64,000 nt of DNA from Balanoglossus misakiensis (taxonomy: Eukaryota > Animalia > Hemichordata). The stretch lies in contig CM082582.2 in NCBI GenBank assembly GCA_040954595.2, positions 11,590,415 to 11,654,414 on the forward strand. The letters are read 5' to 3'. Below are positions 1 to 13,774 of the stretch, in pieces. The notes under the pieces are model-generated. The model was not told the DNA's origin, searched no databases, and saw only the letters and a list, made by a program, of their open reading frames with translations. Position 1 is the stretch's first letter. Every line of letters begins with the position of its first letter. The translations under genes and the position numbers were made by a program.

Positions 1-3000
1 AAATTTCGTCGATTTTTGATAAAAACCATGGGTTATAGCTCATGAAAATCACCCAGAAATGACAATTTTTCGACTTCCCGGAATTTCGAAATTTCGTCGA
101 TTTTTGATAAAAACCATGGGTTATAGCTCATGAAAATCACCCAGAAATGACAATTTTTCGACTTCCCGGAATTTCGAAATTTCGTCGATTTTTGATAAAA
201 ACCATGGGTTATAGCTCATGAAAATCACCCAGAAATGACAATTTTTCGACTTCCCGGAATTTCGAAATTTCGTCGATTTTTGATAAAAACCATGGGTTAT
301 AGCTCATGAAAATCACCAGAAATGACAATTTTTCGACTTCCCGGAATTTCGAAATTTCGTCGATTTTTGATAAAAACCATGGGTTATAGCTCATGAAAAT
401 CACCCAGAAATGACAATTTTTCGACTTCCCGGAATTTCGAAATTTCGTCGATTTTTGATAAAAACCATGGGTTATAGCTCATGAAAATCACCCAGAAATG
501 ACAATTTTTCGACTTCCCGGAATTTCGAAATTTCGTCGATTTTTGATAAAAACCATGGGTTATAGCTCATGAAAATCACCCAGAAATGACAATTTTTCGA
601 CTTCCCGGAATTTCGAAATTTCGTCGATTTTTGATAAAAACCATGGGTTATAGCTCATGAAAATCACCCAGAAATGACAATTTTTCGACTTCCCGGAATT
701 TCGAAATTTCGTCGATTTTTGATGAAAACCATGGGTTATAGCTCATGAAAATCACCCAGAAATGACAATTTTTCGACTTCCCGGAATTTTGAAATTTCGT
801 CGATTTTTGATGAAAACCATGGGTTATAGCTCATGAAAATCACCCAGAAATGACAATTTTTCGACTTCCCGGAATTTCGAAATTTCGTCGATTTTTGATA
901 AAAACCATGGGTTATAGCTCATGAAAATCACCCAGAAATGACAATTTTTCGACTTCCCGGAATTTCGAAATTTCGTCGATTTTTGATAAAAACCATGGGT
1001 TATAGCTCATGAAAATCACCCAGAAATGACAATTTTTCGACTTCCCGGAATTTCGAAATTTCGTCGATTTTTGATAAAAACCATGGGTTATAGCTCATGA
1101 AAATCACCCAGAAATGACAATTTTTCGACTTCCCGGAATTTCGAAATTTCGTCGATTTTTGATAAAAACCATGGGTTATAGCACATGAAAATCACCCAGA
1201 AATGACAATTTTTCGACTTCCCGGAATTTCGAAATTTCGTCGATTTTTGATAAAAACCATGGGTTATAGCTCATGAAAATCACCCAGAAATGACAATTTT
1301 TCGACTTCCCGGAATTTCGAAATTTCGTCGATTTTTGATAAAAACCATGGGTTATAGCTCATGAAAATCACCCAGAAATGACAATTTTTCGACTTCCCGG
1401 AATTTCGAAATTTCGTCGATTTTTGATAAAAACCATGGGTTATAGCTCATGAAAATCACCCAGAAATGACAATTTTTCGACTTCCCGGAATTTCGAAATT
1501 TCGTCGATTTTTGATAAAAACCATGGGTTATAGCTCATGAAAATCACCCAGAAATGACAATTTTTCGACTTCCCGGAATTTCGAAATTTCGTCGATTTTT
1601 GATAAAAACCATGGGTTATAGCTCATGAAAATCACCCAGAAATGACAATTTTTCGACTTCCCGGAATTTCGAAATTTCGTCGATTTTTGATAAAAACCAT
1701 GGGTTATAGCTCATGAAAATCACCCAGAAATGACAATTTTTCGACTTCCCGGAATTTCGAAATTTCGTCGATTTTTGATAAAAACCATGGGTTATAGCTC
1801 ATGAAAATCTCCCAGAAATGACAATTTTTCGACTTCCCGGAATTTCGAAATTTCGTCGATTTTTGATAAAAACCATGGGTTATAGCTCATGAAAATCACC
1901 CAGAAATGACAATTTTTCGACTTCCCGGAATTTCGAAATTTCGTCGATTTTTGATAAAAACCATGGGTTATAGCTCATGAAAATCACCCAGAAATGACAA
2001 TTTTTCGACTTCCCGGAATTTCGAAATTTCGTCGATTTTGATAAAAACCATGGGTTATAGCTCATGAAAATCACCCAGAAATGACAATTTTTCGACTTCC
2101 CGGGAATTTCGAAATTTCGTCGATTTTTGATGAAAACCATGGGTTATAGCTCATGAAAATCACCCAGAAATGACAATTTTTCGACTTCCCGGAATTTCGA
2201 AATTTCGTCGATTTTTGATGAAAACCATGGGTTATAGCTCATGAAAATCACCCAGAAATGACAATTTTTCGACTTCCCGGAATTTTGAAATTTCGTCGAT
2301 TTTTGATGAAAACCATGGGTTATAGCTCATGAAAATCACCCAGAAATGACAATTTTTCGACTTCCCGGAATTTCGAAATTTCGTCGATTTTTGATAAAAA
2401 CCATGGTTATAGCTCATGAAAATCACCCAGAAATGACAATTTTTCGACTTCCCGGAATTTCGAAATTTCGTCGATTTTTGATAAAAACCATGGGTTATAG
2501 CTCATGAAAATCACCCAGAAATGACAATTTTTCGACTTCCCGGAATTTCGAAATTTCGTCGATTTTTGATAAAAACCATGGGTTATAGCTCATGAAAATC
2601 ACCCAGAAATGACAATTTTTCGACTTCCCGGAATTTCGAAATTTCGTCGATTTTTGATAAAAACCATGGGTTATAGCTCATGAAAATCACCCAGAAATGA
2701 CAATTTTTCGACTTCCCGGAATTTCGAAATTTCGTCGATTTTTGATGAAAACCATGGGTTATAGCTCATGAAAATCACCCAGAAATGACAATTTTTCGAC
2801 TTCCCGGAATTTCGAAATTTCGTCGATTTTTGATGAAAACCATGGGTTATAGCTCATGAAAATCACCCAGAAATGACAATTTTTCGACTTCCCGGAATTT
2901 CGAAATTTCGTCGATTTTTGATGAAAACCATGGGTTATAGCTCATGAAAATCACCCAGAAATGACAATTTTTCGACTTCCCGGAATTTCGAAATTTCGTC

Positions 3001-6000
3001 GATTTTTGATGAAAACCATGGGTTATAGCTCATGAAAATCACCCAGAAATGACAATTTTTCGACTTCCCGGAATTTCGAAATTTCGTCGATTTTTGATGA
3101 AAACCATGGGTTATAGCTCATGAAAATCACCCAGAAATGACAATTTTTCGACTTCCCGGAATTTCGAAATTTCTTCGATTTTTGATGAAAACCATGGGTT
3201 ATAGCTCATGAAAATCACCCAGAAATGACAATTTTTCGACTTCCCGGAATTTCGAAATTTCGTCGATTTTGATGAAAACCATGGGTTATAGCTCATGAAA
3301 ATCACCCAGAAATGACAATTTTTCGACTTCCCGGAATTTCGAAATTTCGTCGATTTTTGATGAAAACCATGGGTTATAGCTCATGAAAATCACCCAGAAA
3401 TGACAATTTTTCGACTTCCCGGAATTTCGAAATTTCGTCGATTTTTGATGAAAAACCATGGGTTATAGCTCATGAAAATCACCCAGAAATGACAATTTTT
3501 CGACTTCCCGGAATTTCGAAATTTCGTCGATTTTTGATAAAAACCATGGGTTATAGCTCATGAAAATCACCCAGAAATGACAATTTTTCGACTTCCCGGA
3601 ATTTCGAAATTTCGTCGATTTTTGATAAAAACCATGGGTTATAGCTCATGAAAATCACCCAGAAATGACAATTTTTCGACTTCCCGGAATTTCGAAATTT
3701 CGTCGATTTTTGATAAAAACCATGGGTTATAGCTCATGAAAATCACCCAGAAATGACAATTTTTCGACTTCCCGGAATTTCGAAATTTCGTCGATTTTTG
3801 ATGAAAACCATGGGTTATAGCTCATGAAAATCACCCAGAAATGACAATTTTTCGACTTCCCGGAATTTCGAAATTTCGTCGATTTTTGATAAAAACCATG
3901 GGTTATAGCTCATGAAAATCACCCAGAAATGACAATTTTTCGACTTCCCGGAATTTCGAAATTTCGTCGATTTTTGATAAAAACCATGGGTTATAGCTCA
4001 TGAAAATCACCCAGAAATGACAATTTTTCGACTTCCCGGAATTTCGAAATTCGTCGATTTTTGATAAAAACCATGGGTTATAGCTCATGAAAATCACCCA
4101 GAAATGACAATTTTTCGACTTCCCGGAATTTCGAAATTTCGTCGATTTTTGATAAAAACCATGGGTTATAGCTCATGAAAATCACCCAGAAATGACAATT
4201 TTTCGACTTCCCGGAATTTCGAAATTTCGTCGATTTTTGATAAAAACCATGGGTTATAGCTCATGAAAATCACCCAGAAATGACAATTTTTCGACTTCCG
4301 GAATTTCGAAATTTCGTCGATTTTTGATAAAAACCATGGGTTATAGCTCATGAAAATCACCCAGAAATGACAATTTTTCGACTTCCCGGAATTTCGAAAT
4401 TTCGTCGATTTTTGATAAAAACCATGGGTTATAGCTCATGAAAATCACCCAGAAATGACAATTTTTCGACTTCCCGGAATTTCGAAATTTCGTCGATTTT
4501 TGATAAAAACCATGGGTTATAGCTCATGAAAATCACCCAGAAATGACAATTTTTCGACTTCCCGGAATTTCGAAATTTCGTCGATTTTTGATAAAAACCA
4601 TGGGTTATAGCTCATGAAAATCACCCAGAAATGACAATTTTTCGACTTCCCGGAATTTCGAAATTTCGTCGATTTTTGATAAAAACCATGGGTTATAGCT
4701 CATGAAAATCACCCAGAAATGACAATTTTTCGACTTCCCGGAATTTCGAAATTTCGTCGATTTTTGATAAAAACCATGGGTTATAGCTCATGAAAATCAC
4801 CCAGAAATGACAATTTTTCGACTTCCCGGAATTTCGAAATTTCGTCGATTTTTGATAAAAACCATGGGTTATAGCTCATGAAAATCACCCAGAAATGACA
4901 ATTTTTCGACTTCCCGGAATTTCGAAATTTCGTCGATTTTTGATAAAAACCATGGGTTATAGCTCATGAAAATCACCCAGAAATGACAATTTTTCGACTT
5001 CCCGGAATTTCGAAATTTCGTCGATTTTTGATAAAAACCATGGGTTATAGCTCATGAAAATCACCCAGAAATGACAATTTTTCGACTTCCCGGAATTTCG
5101 AAATTTCGTCGATTTTTGATAAAAACCATGGGTTATAGCTCATGAAAATCACCCAGAAATGACAATTTTTCGACTTCCCGGAATTTCGAAATTTCGTCGA
5201 TTTTTGATAAAAACCATGGGTTATAGCTCATGAAAATCACCCAGAAATGACAATTTTTCGACTTCCCGGAATTTCGAAATTTCGTCGATTTTTGATAAAA
5301 ACCATGGGTTATAGCTCATGAAAATCACCCAGAAATGACAATTTTTCGACTTCCCGGAATTTCGAAATTTCGTCGATTTTTGATAAAACCATGGGTTATA
5401 GCTCATGAAAATCACCCAGAAATGACAATTTTTCGACTTCCCGGAATTTCGAAATTTCGTCGATTTTTGATAAAAACCATGGGTTATAGCTCATGAAAAT
5501 CACCCAGAAATGACAATTTTTCGACTTCCCGGAATTTCGAAATTTCGTCGATTTTTGATAAAAACCATGGGTTATAGCTCATGAAAATCACCCAGAAATG
5601 ACAATTTTTCGACTTCCCGGAATTTCGAAATTTCGTCGATTTTTGATAAAAACCATGGGTTATAGCTCATGAAAATCACCCAGAAATGACAATTTTTCGA
5701 CTTCCCGGAATTTCGAAATTTCGTCGATTTTTGATAAAACCATGGGTTATAGCTCATGAAAATCACCCAGAAATGACAATTTTTCGACTTCCCGGAATTT
5801 CGAAATTTCGTCGATTTTTGATAAAAACCATGGGTTATAGCTCATGAAAATCACCCAGAAATGACAATTTTTCGACTTCCCGGAATTTCGAATTTTCGTC
5901 GATTTTTGATAAAAACCATGGGTTATAGCTCATGAAAATCACCCAGAAATGACAATTTTTCGACTTCCCGGAATTTCGAAATTTCGTCGATTTTTGATAA

Positions 6001-9000
6001 AAACCATGGGTTATAGCTCATGAAAATCACCCAGAAATGACAATTTTTCGACTTCCCGGAATTTCGAAATTTCGTCGATTTTTGATAAAAACCATGGGTT
6101 ATAGCTCATGAAAATCACCCAGAAATGACAATTTTTCGACTTCCCGGAATTTCGAAATTTCGTCGATTTTTGATAAAAACCATGGGTTATAGCTCATGAA
6201 AATCACCCAGAAATGACAATTTTTCGACTTCCCGCAATTTCGAAATTTCGTCGATTTTTGATAAAAACCATGGGTTATAGCTCATGAAAATCACCCAGAA
6301 ATGACAATTTTTCGACTTCCCGCAATTTCGAAATTTCGTCGATTTTTGATAAAAACCATGGGTTATAGCTCATGAAAATCACCCAGAAATGACAATTTTT
6401 CGACTTCCCGCAATTTCGAAATTTCGTCGATTTTTGATAAAAACCATGGGTTATAGCTCATGAAAATCACCCAGAAATGACAATTTTTCGACTTCCCGCA
6501 ATTTCGAAATTTCGTCGATTTTTGATAAAAACCATGGGTTATAGCTCATGAAAATCACCCAGAAATGACAATTTTTCGACTTCCCGGAATTTCGAAATTT
6601 CGTCGATTTTTGATAAAAACCATGGGTTATAGCTCATGAAAATCACCCAGAAATGACAATTTTTCGACTTCCCGGAATTTCGAAATTTCGTCGATTTTTG
6701 ATAAAAACCATGGGTTATAGCTCATGAAAATCACCCAGAAATGACAATTTTTCGACTTCCCGGAATTTCGAAATTTCGTCGATTTTTGATAAAAACCATG
6801 GGTTATAGCTCATGAAAATCACCCAGAAATGACAATTTTTCGACTTCCCGGAATTCGAAATTTCGTCGATTTTTGATAAAAACCATGGGTTATAAGCTCA
6901 TGAAAATCACCCAGAAATGACAATTTTTTCGACTTCCCGGAATTTCGAAATTTCGTCGATTTTTGATAAAAACCATGGGTTATAGCTCATGAAAATCACC
7001 CAGAAATGACAATTTTTCGACTTCCCGGAATTTCGAAATTTCGTCGATTTTTGATAAAAACCATGGGTTATAGCTCATGAAAATCACCCAGAAATGACAA
7101 TTTTTCGACTTCCCGGAATTTCGAAATTTCGTCGATTTTTGATAAAAACCATGGGTTATAGCTCATGAAAATCACCCAGAAATGACAATTTTTCGACTTC
7201 CCGGAATTTCGAAATTTCGTCGATTTTTGATAAAAACCATGGGTTATAGCTCATGAAAATCACCCAGAAATGACAATTTTTCGACTTCCCGGAATTTCGA
7301 AATTTCGTCGATTTTTGATAAAAACCATGGGTTATAGCTCATGAAAATCACCCAGAAATGACAATTTTTCGACTTCCCGGAATTTCGAAATTTCGTCGAT
7401 TTTTGATAAAAACCATGGGTTATAGCTCATGAAAATCACCCAGAAATGACAATTTTTCGACTTCCCGGAATTTCGAAATTTCGTCGATTTTTGATAAAAA
7501 CCATGGGTTATAGCTCATGAAAATCACCCAGAAATGACAATTTTTCGACTTCCCGGAATTTCGAAATTTCGTCGATTTTTGATAAAAACCATGGGTTATA
7601 GCTCATGAAAATCACCCAGAAATGACAATTTTTCGACTTCCCGGAATTTCGAAATTTCGTCGATTTTTGATAAAAACCATGGGTTATAGCTCATGAAAAT
7701 CACCCAGAAATGACAATTTTTCGACTTCCCGGAATTTCGAAATTTCGTCGATTTTTGATAAAAACCATGGGTTATAGCTCATGAAAATCACCCAGAAATG
7801 ACAATTTTTCGACTTCCCGGAATTTCGAAATTTCGTCGATTTTTGATAAAAACCATGGGTTATAGCTCATGAAAATCACCCAGAAATGACAATTTTTCGA
7901 CTTCCCGGAATTTCGAAATTTCGTCGATTTTTGATAAAAACCATGGGTTATAGCTCATGAAAATCACCCAGAAATGACAATTTTTCGACTTCCCGGAATT
8001 TCGAAATTTCGTCGATTTTTGATAAAAACCATGGGTTATAGCTCATGAAAATCACCCAGAAATGACAATTTTTCGACTTCCCGGAATTTCGAAATTTCGT
8101 CGATTTTTGATAAAAACCATGGGTTATAGCTCATGAAAATCACCCAGAAATGACAATTTTTCGACTTCCCGGAATTTCGAAATTTCGTCGATTTTTGATA
8201 AAAACCATGGGTTATAGCTCATGAAAATTACCCAGAAATGACAATTTTTCGACTTCCCGGAATTTCGAAATTTCGTCGATTTTTGATAAAAACCATGGGT
8301 TATAGCTCATGAAAATCACCCAGAAATGACAATTTTTCGACTTCCCGGAATTTCGAAATTTCGTCGATTTTTGATAAAAACCATGGGTTATAGCTCATGA
8401 AAATCACCCAGAAATGACAATTTTTCGACTTCCCGGAATTTCGAAATTTCGTCGATTTTTGATAAAAACCATGGGTTATAGCTCATGAAAATCACCCAGA
8501 AATGACAATTTTTCGACTTCCCGGAATTTCGAAATTTCGTCGATTTTTGATAAAAACCATGGGTTATAGCTCATGAAAATCACCCAGAAATGACAATTTT
8601 TCGACTTCCCGGAATTTCGAAATTTCGTCGATTTTTGATAAAAACCATGGGTTATAGCTCATGAAAATCACCCAGAAATGACAATTTTTCGACTTCCCGG
8701 AATTTCGAAATTTCGTCGATTTTTGATAAAAACCATGGGTTATAGCTCATGAAAATCACCCAGAAATGACAATTTTTCGACTTCCCGGAATTTCGAAATT
8801 TCGTCGATTTTTGATAAAAAACCATGGGTTATAGCTCATGAACATCACCCAGAAATGACAATTTTTCGACTTCCCGGAATTTCGAAATTACGTCGATTTT
8901 TGATAAAAACCATGGGTTATAGCTCATGAAAATCACCCAGAAATGACAATTTTTCGACTTCCCGCAATTTCGAAATTTCGTCGATTTTTGATAAAAACCA

Positions 9001-12000
9001 TGGGTTATAGCTCATGAAAATCACCCAGAAATGACAATTTTTCGACTTCCCGGAATTTCGAAATTTCGTCGATTTTTGATAAAAACCATGGGTTATAGCT
9101 CATGAAAATCACCCAGAAATGACAATTTTTCGACTTCCCGGAATTTCGAAATTTCGTCGATTTTTGATAAAAACCATGGGTTATAGCTCATGAAAATCAC
9201 CCAGAAATGACCATTTTTCGACTTCCCGGAATTTCGAAATTTCGTCGATTTTTGATAAAAACCATGGGTTATAGCTCATGAAAATCACCCAGAAATGACC
9301 ATTTTTCGACTTCCCGGAATTTCGAAATTTCGTCGATTTTTGATAAAAACCATGGGTTATAGCTCATGAAAATCACCCAGAAATGACAATTTTTCGACTT
9401 CCCGGAATTTCGAAATTTCGTCGATTTTTGATGAAAACCATGGGTTATAGCTCATGAAAATCACCCAGAAATGACAATTTTTCGACTTCCCGGAATTTCG
9501 AAATTTCGTCGATTTTTGATGAAAACCATGGGTTATAGCTCATGAAAATCACCCAGAAATGACAATTTTTCGACTTCCCGGAATTTCGAAATTTCGTCGA
9601 TTTTTGATGAAAACCATGGGTTATAGCTCATGAAAATCACCCAGAAATGACAATTTTTCGACTTCCCGGAATTTCGAAATTTCGTCGATTTTTGATGAAA
9701 ACCATGGGTTATAGCTCATGAAAATCACCCAGAAATGACAATTTTTCGACTTCCCGGAATTTCGAAATTTCGTCGATTTTTGATGAAAACCATGGGTTAT
9801 AGCTCATGAAAATCACCCAGAAATGACAATTTTTCGACTTCCCGGAATTTCGAAATTTCGTCGATTTTTGATGAAAACCATGGGTTATAGCTCATGAAAA
9901 TCACCCAGAAATGACAATTTTTCGACTTCCCGGAATTTCGAAATTTCGTCGATTTTTGATAAAAACCATGGGTTATAGCTCATGAAAATCACCCAGAAAT
10001 GACAATTTTTCGACTTCCCGGAATTTCGAAATTTCGTCGATTTTTGATAAAAACCATGGGTTATAGCTCATGAAAATCACCCAGAAATGACAATTTTTCG
10101 ACTTCCCGGAATTTCGAAATTTCGTCGATTTTTGATAAAAACCATGGGTTATAGCTCATGAAAATCACCCAGAAATGACAATTTTTCGACTTCCCGGAAT
10201 TTCGAAATTTCGTCGATTTTTGATAAAAACCATGGGTTATAGCTCATGAAAATCACCCAGAAATGACAATTTGTCGACTTCCCGGAATTTCGAAATTTCG
10301 TCGATTTTTGATAAAAACCATGGGTTATAGCTCATGAAAATCACCCAGAAATGACAATTTTTCGACTTCCAGGAATTTCGAAATTTCGTCGATTTTTGAT
10401 AAAAACCATGGGTTATAGCTCATGAAAATCACCCAGAAATGACAATTTTTCGACTTCCCGGAATTTCGAAATTTCGTCGATTTTTGATAAAAACCATGGG
10501 TTATAGCTCATGAAAATCACCCAGAAATGACAATTTTTCGACTTCCCGGAATTTCGAAATTTCGTCGATTTTTGATAAAAACCATGGGTTATAGCTCATG
10601 AAAATCACCCAGAAATGACAATTTTTCGACTTCCCGGAATTTCGAAATTTCGTCGATTTTTGATAAAAACCATGGGTTATAGCTCATGAAAATCACCCAG
10701 AAATGACAATTTTTCGACTTCCCGGAATTTCGAAATTTCGTCGATTTTTGATAAAAACCATGGGTTATAGCTCATGAAAATCACCCAGAAATGACAATTT
10801 TTCGACTTCCCGCAATTTCGAAATTTCGTCGATTTTTGATAAAAACCATGGGTTATAGCTCATGAAAATCACCCAGAAATGACAATTTTTCGACTTCCCG
10901 CAATTTCGAAATTTCGTCGATTTTTGATAAAAACCATGGGTTATAGCTCATGAAAATCACCCAGAAATGACAATTTTTCGACTTCCCGGAATTTCGAAAT
11001 TTCGTCGATTTTTGATAAAAACCATGGGTTATAGCTCATGAAAATCACCCAGAAATGACAATTTTTCGACTTCCCGGAATTTCGAAATTTCGTCGATTTT
11101 TGATAAAAACCATGGGTTATAGCTCATGAAAATCACCCAGAAATGACAATTTTTCGACTTCCCGGAATTTCGAAATTTCGTCGATTTTTGATAAAAACCA
11201 TGGGTTATAGCTCATGAAAATCACCCAGAAATGACAATTTTTCGACTTCCCGGAATTTCGAAATTTCGTCGATTTTTGATAAAAACCATGGGTTATAGCT
11301 CATGAAAATCACCCAGAAATGACAATTTTTCGACTTCCCGGAATTTCGAAATTTCGTCGATTTTTGATAAAAACCATGGGTTATAGCTCATGAAAATCAC
11401 CCAGAAATGACAATTTTTCGACTTCCCGGAATTTCGAAATTTCGTCGATTTTTGATAAAAACCATGGGTTATAGCTCATGAAAATCACCCAGAAATGACA
11501 ATTTTTCGACTTCCCGGAATTTCGAAATTTCGTCGATTTTTGATAAAAACCATGGGTTATAGCTCATGAAAATCACCCAGAAATGACAATTTTTCGACTT
11601 CCCGGAATTTCGAAATTTCGTCGATTTTTGATAAAAACCATGGGTTATAGCTCATGAAAATCACCCAGAAATGACAATTTTTCGACTTCCCGGAATTTCG
11701 AAATTTCGTCGATTTTTGATGAAAACCATGGGTTATAGCTCATGAAAATCACCCAGAAATGACAATTTTTCGACTTCCCGGAATTTCGAAATTTCGTCGA
11801 TTTTTGATGAAAACCATGGGTTATAGCTCATGAAAATCACCCAGAAATGACAATTTTTCGACTTCCCGGAATTTCGAAATTTCGTCGATTTTTGATGAAA
11901 ACCATGGGTTATAGCTCATGAAAATCACCCAGAAATGACAATTTTTCGACTTCCCGGAATTTCGAAATTTCGTCGATTTTTGATGAAAACCATGGGTTAT

Positions 12001-13506
12001 AGCTCATGAAAATCACCCAGAAATGACAATTTTTCGACTTCCCGGAATTTCGAAATTTCGTCGATTTTTGATGAAAACCATGGGTTATAGCTCATGAAAA
12101 TCACCCAGAAATGACAATTTTTCGACTTCCCGGAATTTCGAAATTTCGTCGATTTTTGATGAAAACCATGGGTTATAGCTCATGAAAATCACCCAGAAAT
12201 GACAATTTTTCGACTTCCCGGAATTTCGAAATTTCGTCGATTTTTGATGAAAACCATGGGTTATAGCTCATGAAAATCACCCAGAAATGACAATTTTTCG
12301 ACTTCCCGGAATTTCGAAATTTCGTCGATTTTTGATAAAAACCATGGGTTATAGCTCATGAAAATCACCCAGAAATGACAATTTTTCGACTTCCCGGAAT
12401 TTCGAAATTTCGTCGATTTTTGATAAAAACCATGGGTTATAGCTCATGAAAATCACCCAGAAATGACAATTTTTCGACTTCCCGGAATTTCGAAATTTCG
12501 TCGATTTTTGATAAAAACCATGGGTTATAGCTCATGAAAATCACCCAGAAATGACAATTTTTCGACTTCCCGGAATTTCGAAATTTCGTCGATTTTTGAT
12601 AAAAACCATGGGTTATAGCTCATGAAAATCACCCAGAAATGACAATTTTTCGACTTCCCGGAATTTCGAAATTTCGTCGATTTTTGATAAAAACCATGGG
12701 TTATAGCTCATGAAAATCACCCAGAAATGACAATTTTTCGACTTCCCGGAATTTCGAAATTTCGTCGATTTTTGATAAAAACCATGGGTTATAGCTCATG
12801 AAAATCACCCAGAAATGACAATTTTTCGAGTTCCCGGAATTTCGAAATATCGTCGATTTTTGATAAAAACCATGGGTTATAGCTCATGAAAATCACCCAG
12901 AAATGACAATTTTTCGACTTCCCGGAATTTCGAAATTTCGTCGATTTTTGATAAAAACCATGGGTTATAGCTCATGAAAATCACCCAGAAATGACAATTT
13001 TTCGACTTCCCGGAATTTCGAAATTTCGTCGATTTTTGATAAAAACCATGGGTTATAGCTCATGAAAATCACCCAGAAATGACAATTTTTCGACTTCCCG
13101 GAATTTCGAAATTTCGTCGATTTTTGATAAAAACCATGGGTTATAGCTCATGAAAATCACCCAGAAATGACAATTTTTCGACTTCCCGGAATTTCGAAAT
13201 TTCGTCGATTTTTGATAAAAACCATGGGTTATAGCTCATGAAAATCACCCAGAAATGACAATTTTTCGACTTCCCGGAATTTCGAAATTTCGTCGATTTT
13301 TGATAAAAACCATGGGTTATAGCTCATGAAAATCACCCAGAAATGACAATTTTTCGACTTCCCGGAATTTCGAAATTTCGTCGATTTTTGATAAAAACCA
13401 TGGGTTATAGCTCATGAAAATCACCCAGAAATGACAATTTTTCGACTTCCCGGAATTTCGAAATTTCGTCGATTTTTGATAAAAACCATGGGTTATAGCT
13501 CATGAA
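1..13506. repeat. Satellite DNA array, 88-bp monomer, about 153 head-to-tail copies, truncated by the window start
   Basis: Monomer AAATTTCGTCGATTTTTGATAAAAACCATGGGTTATAGCTCATGAAAATCACCCAGAAATGACAATTTTTCGACTTCCCGGAATTTCG repeats with only scattered substitutions and 1-bp indels. The last intact match ends at ...GCTCATGAA, 13506. Confidence 0.99.
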
Positions 13507-13719
13507 TATTTAAAAAAATGACACTTTTCCGATTTTGCGAATTTGTCATTTTTGATATTTTTCATGGGTTATAGGCCTAGCTCATGAAAATTGTCAAAAA
13601 ATGATCAATTTCCGACTTTGCGAAAGTTGGTGATTTTGTCTTTTTCGAACATTTTTCATGGGTTAGGCCTATAGCTCATGAAAATTGTCAAACGACAAAA
13701 ACACCAACATTCGCAAAGT
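13507..13719. repeat. Degenerate satellite-related monomers forming long imperfect palindromes at the array edge
   Basis: CATGGGTTA...TAGCTCATGAAAA cores recur at about 13563 and 13657. Bases 13615-13719 are an inverted repeat (ACTTTGCGAAAGTTGGTGATTTTGTC... versus ...GACAAAAACACCAACATTCGCAAAGT). Confidence 0.9.
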
Positions 13720-13774
13720 GACGTCATTCACTTGACAACGGCGGCAAAGTTGTAAAATAAAATTTTAAAATAAA

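Noticed and set aside
77-92. CENP-B-box-like TTCG...CGGG on the minus strand of the monomer
   Set aside because: The spacing is 6 nt (TTCG-AAATTC-CGGG) rather than the required NNNNANN 7 nt.
209-5766. Repeated minus-strand ORFs (MIFMSYNPWF...) in the satellite
   Set aside because: They are translations of the 88-bp repeat (not a multiple of 3), extended only where 1-bp indels shift the frame. Not genes.
1-13506. CRISPR array interpretation
   Set aside because: There are no unique spacers, the whole unit repeats, the context is eukaryotic, and no cas genes are present.
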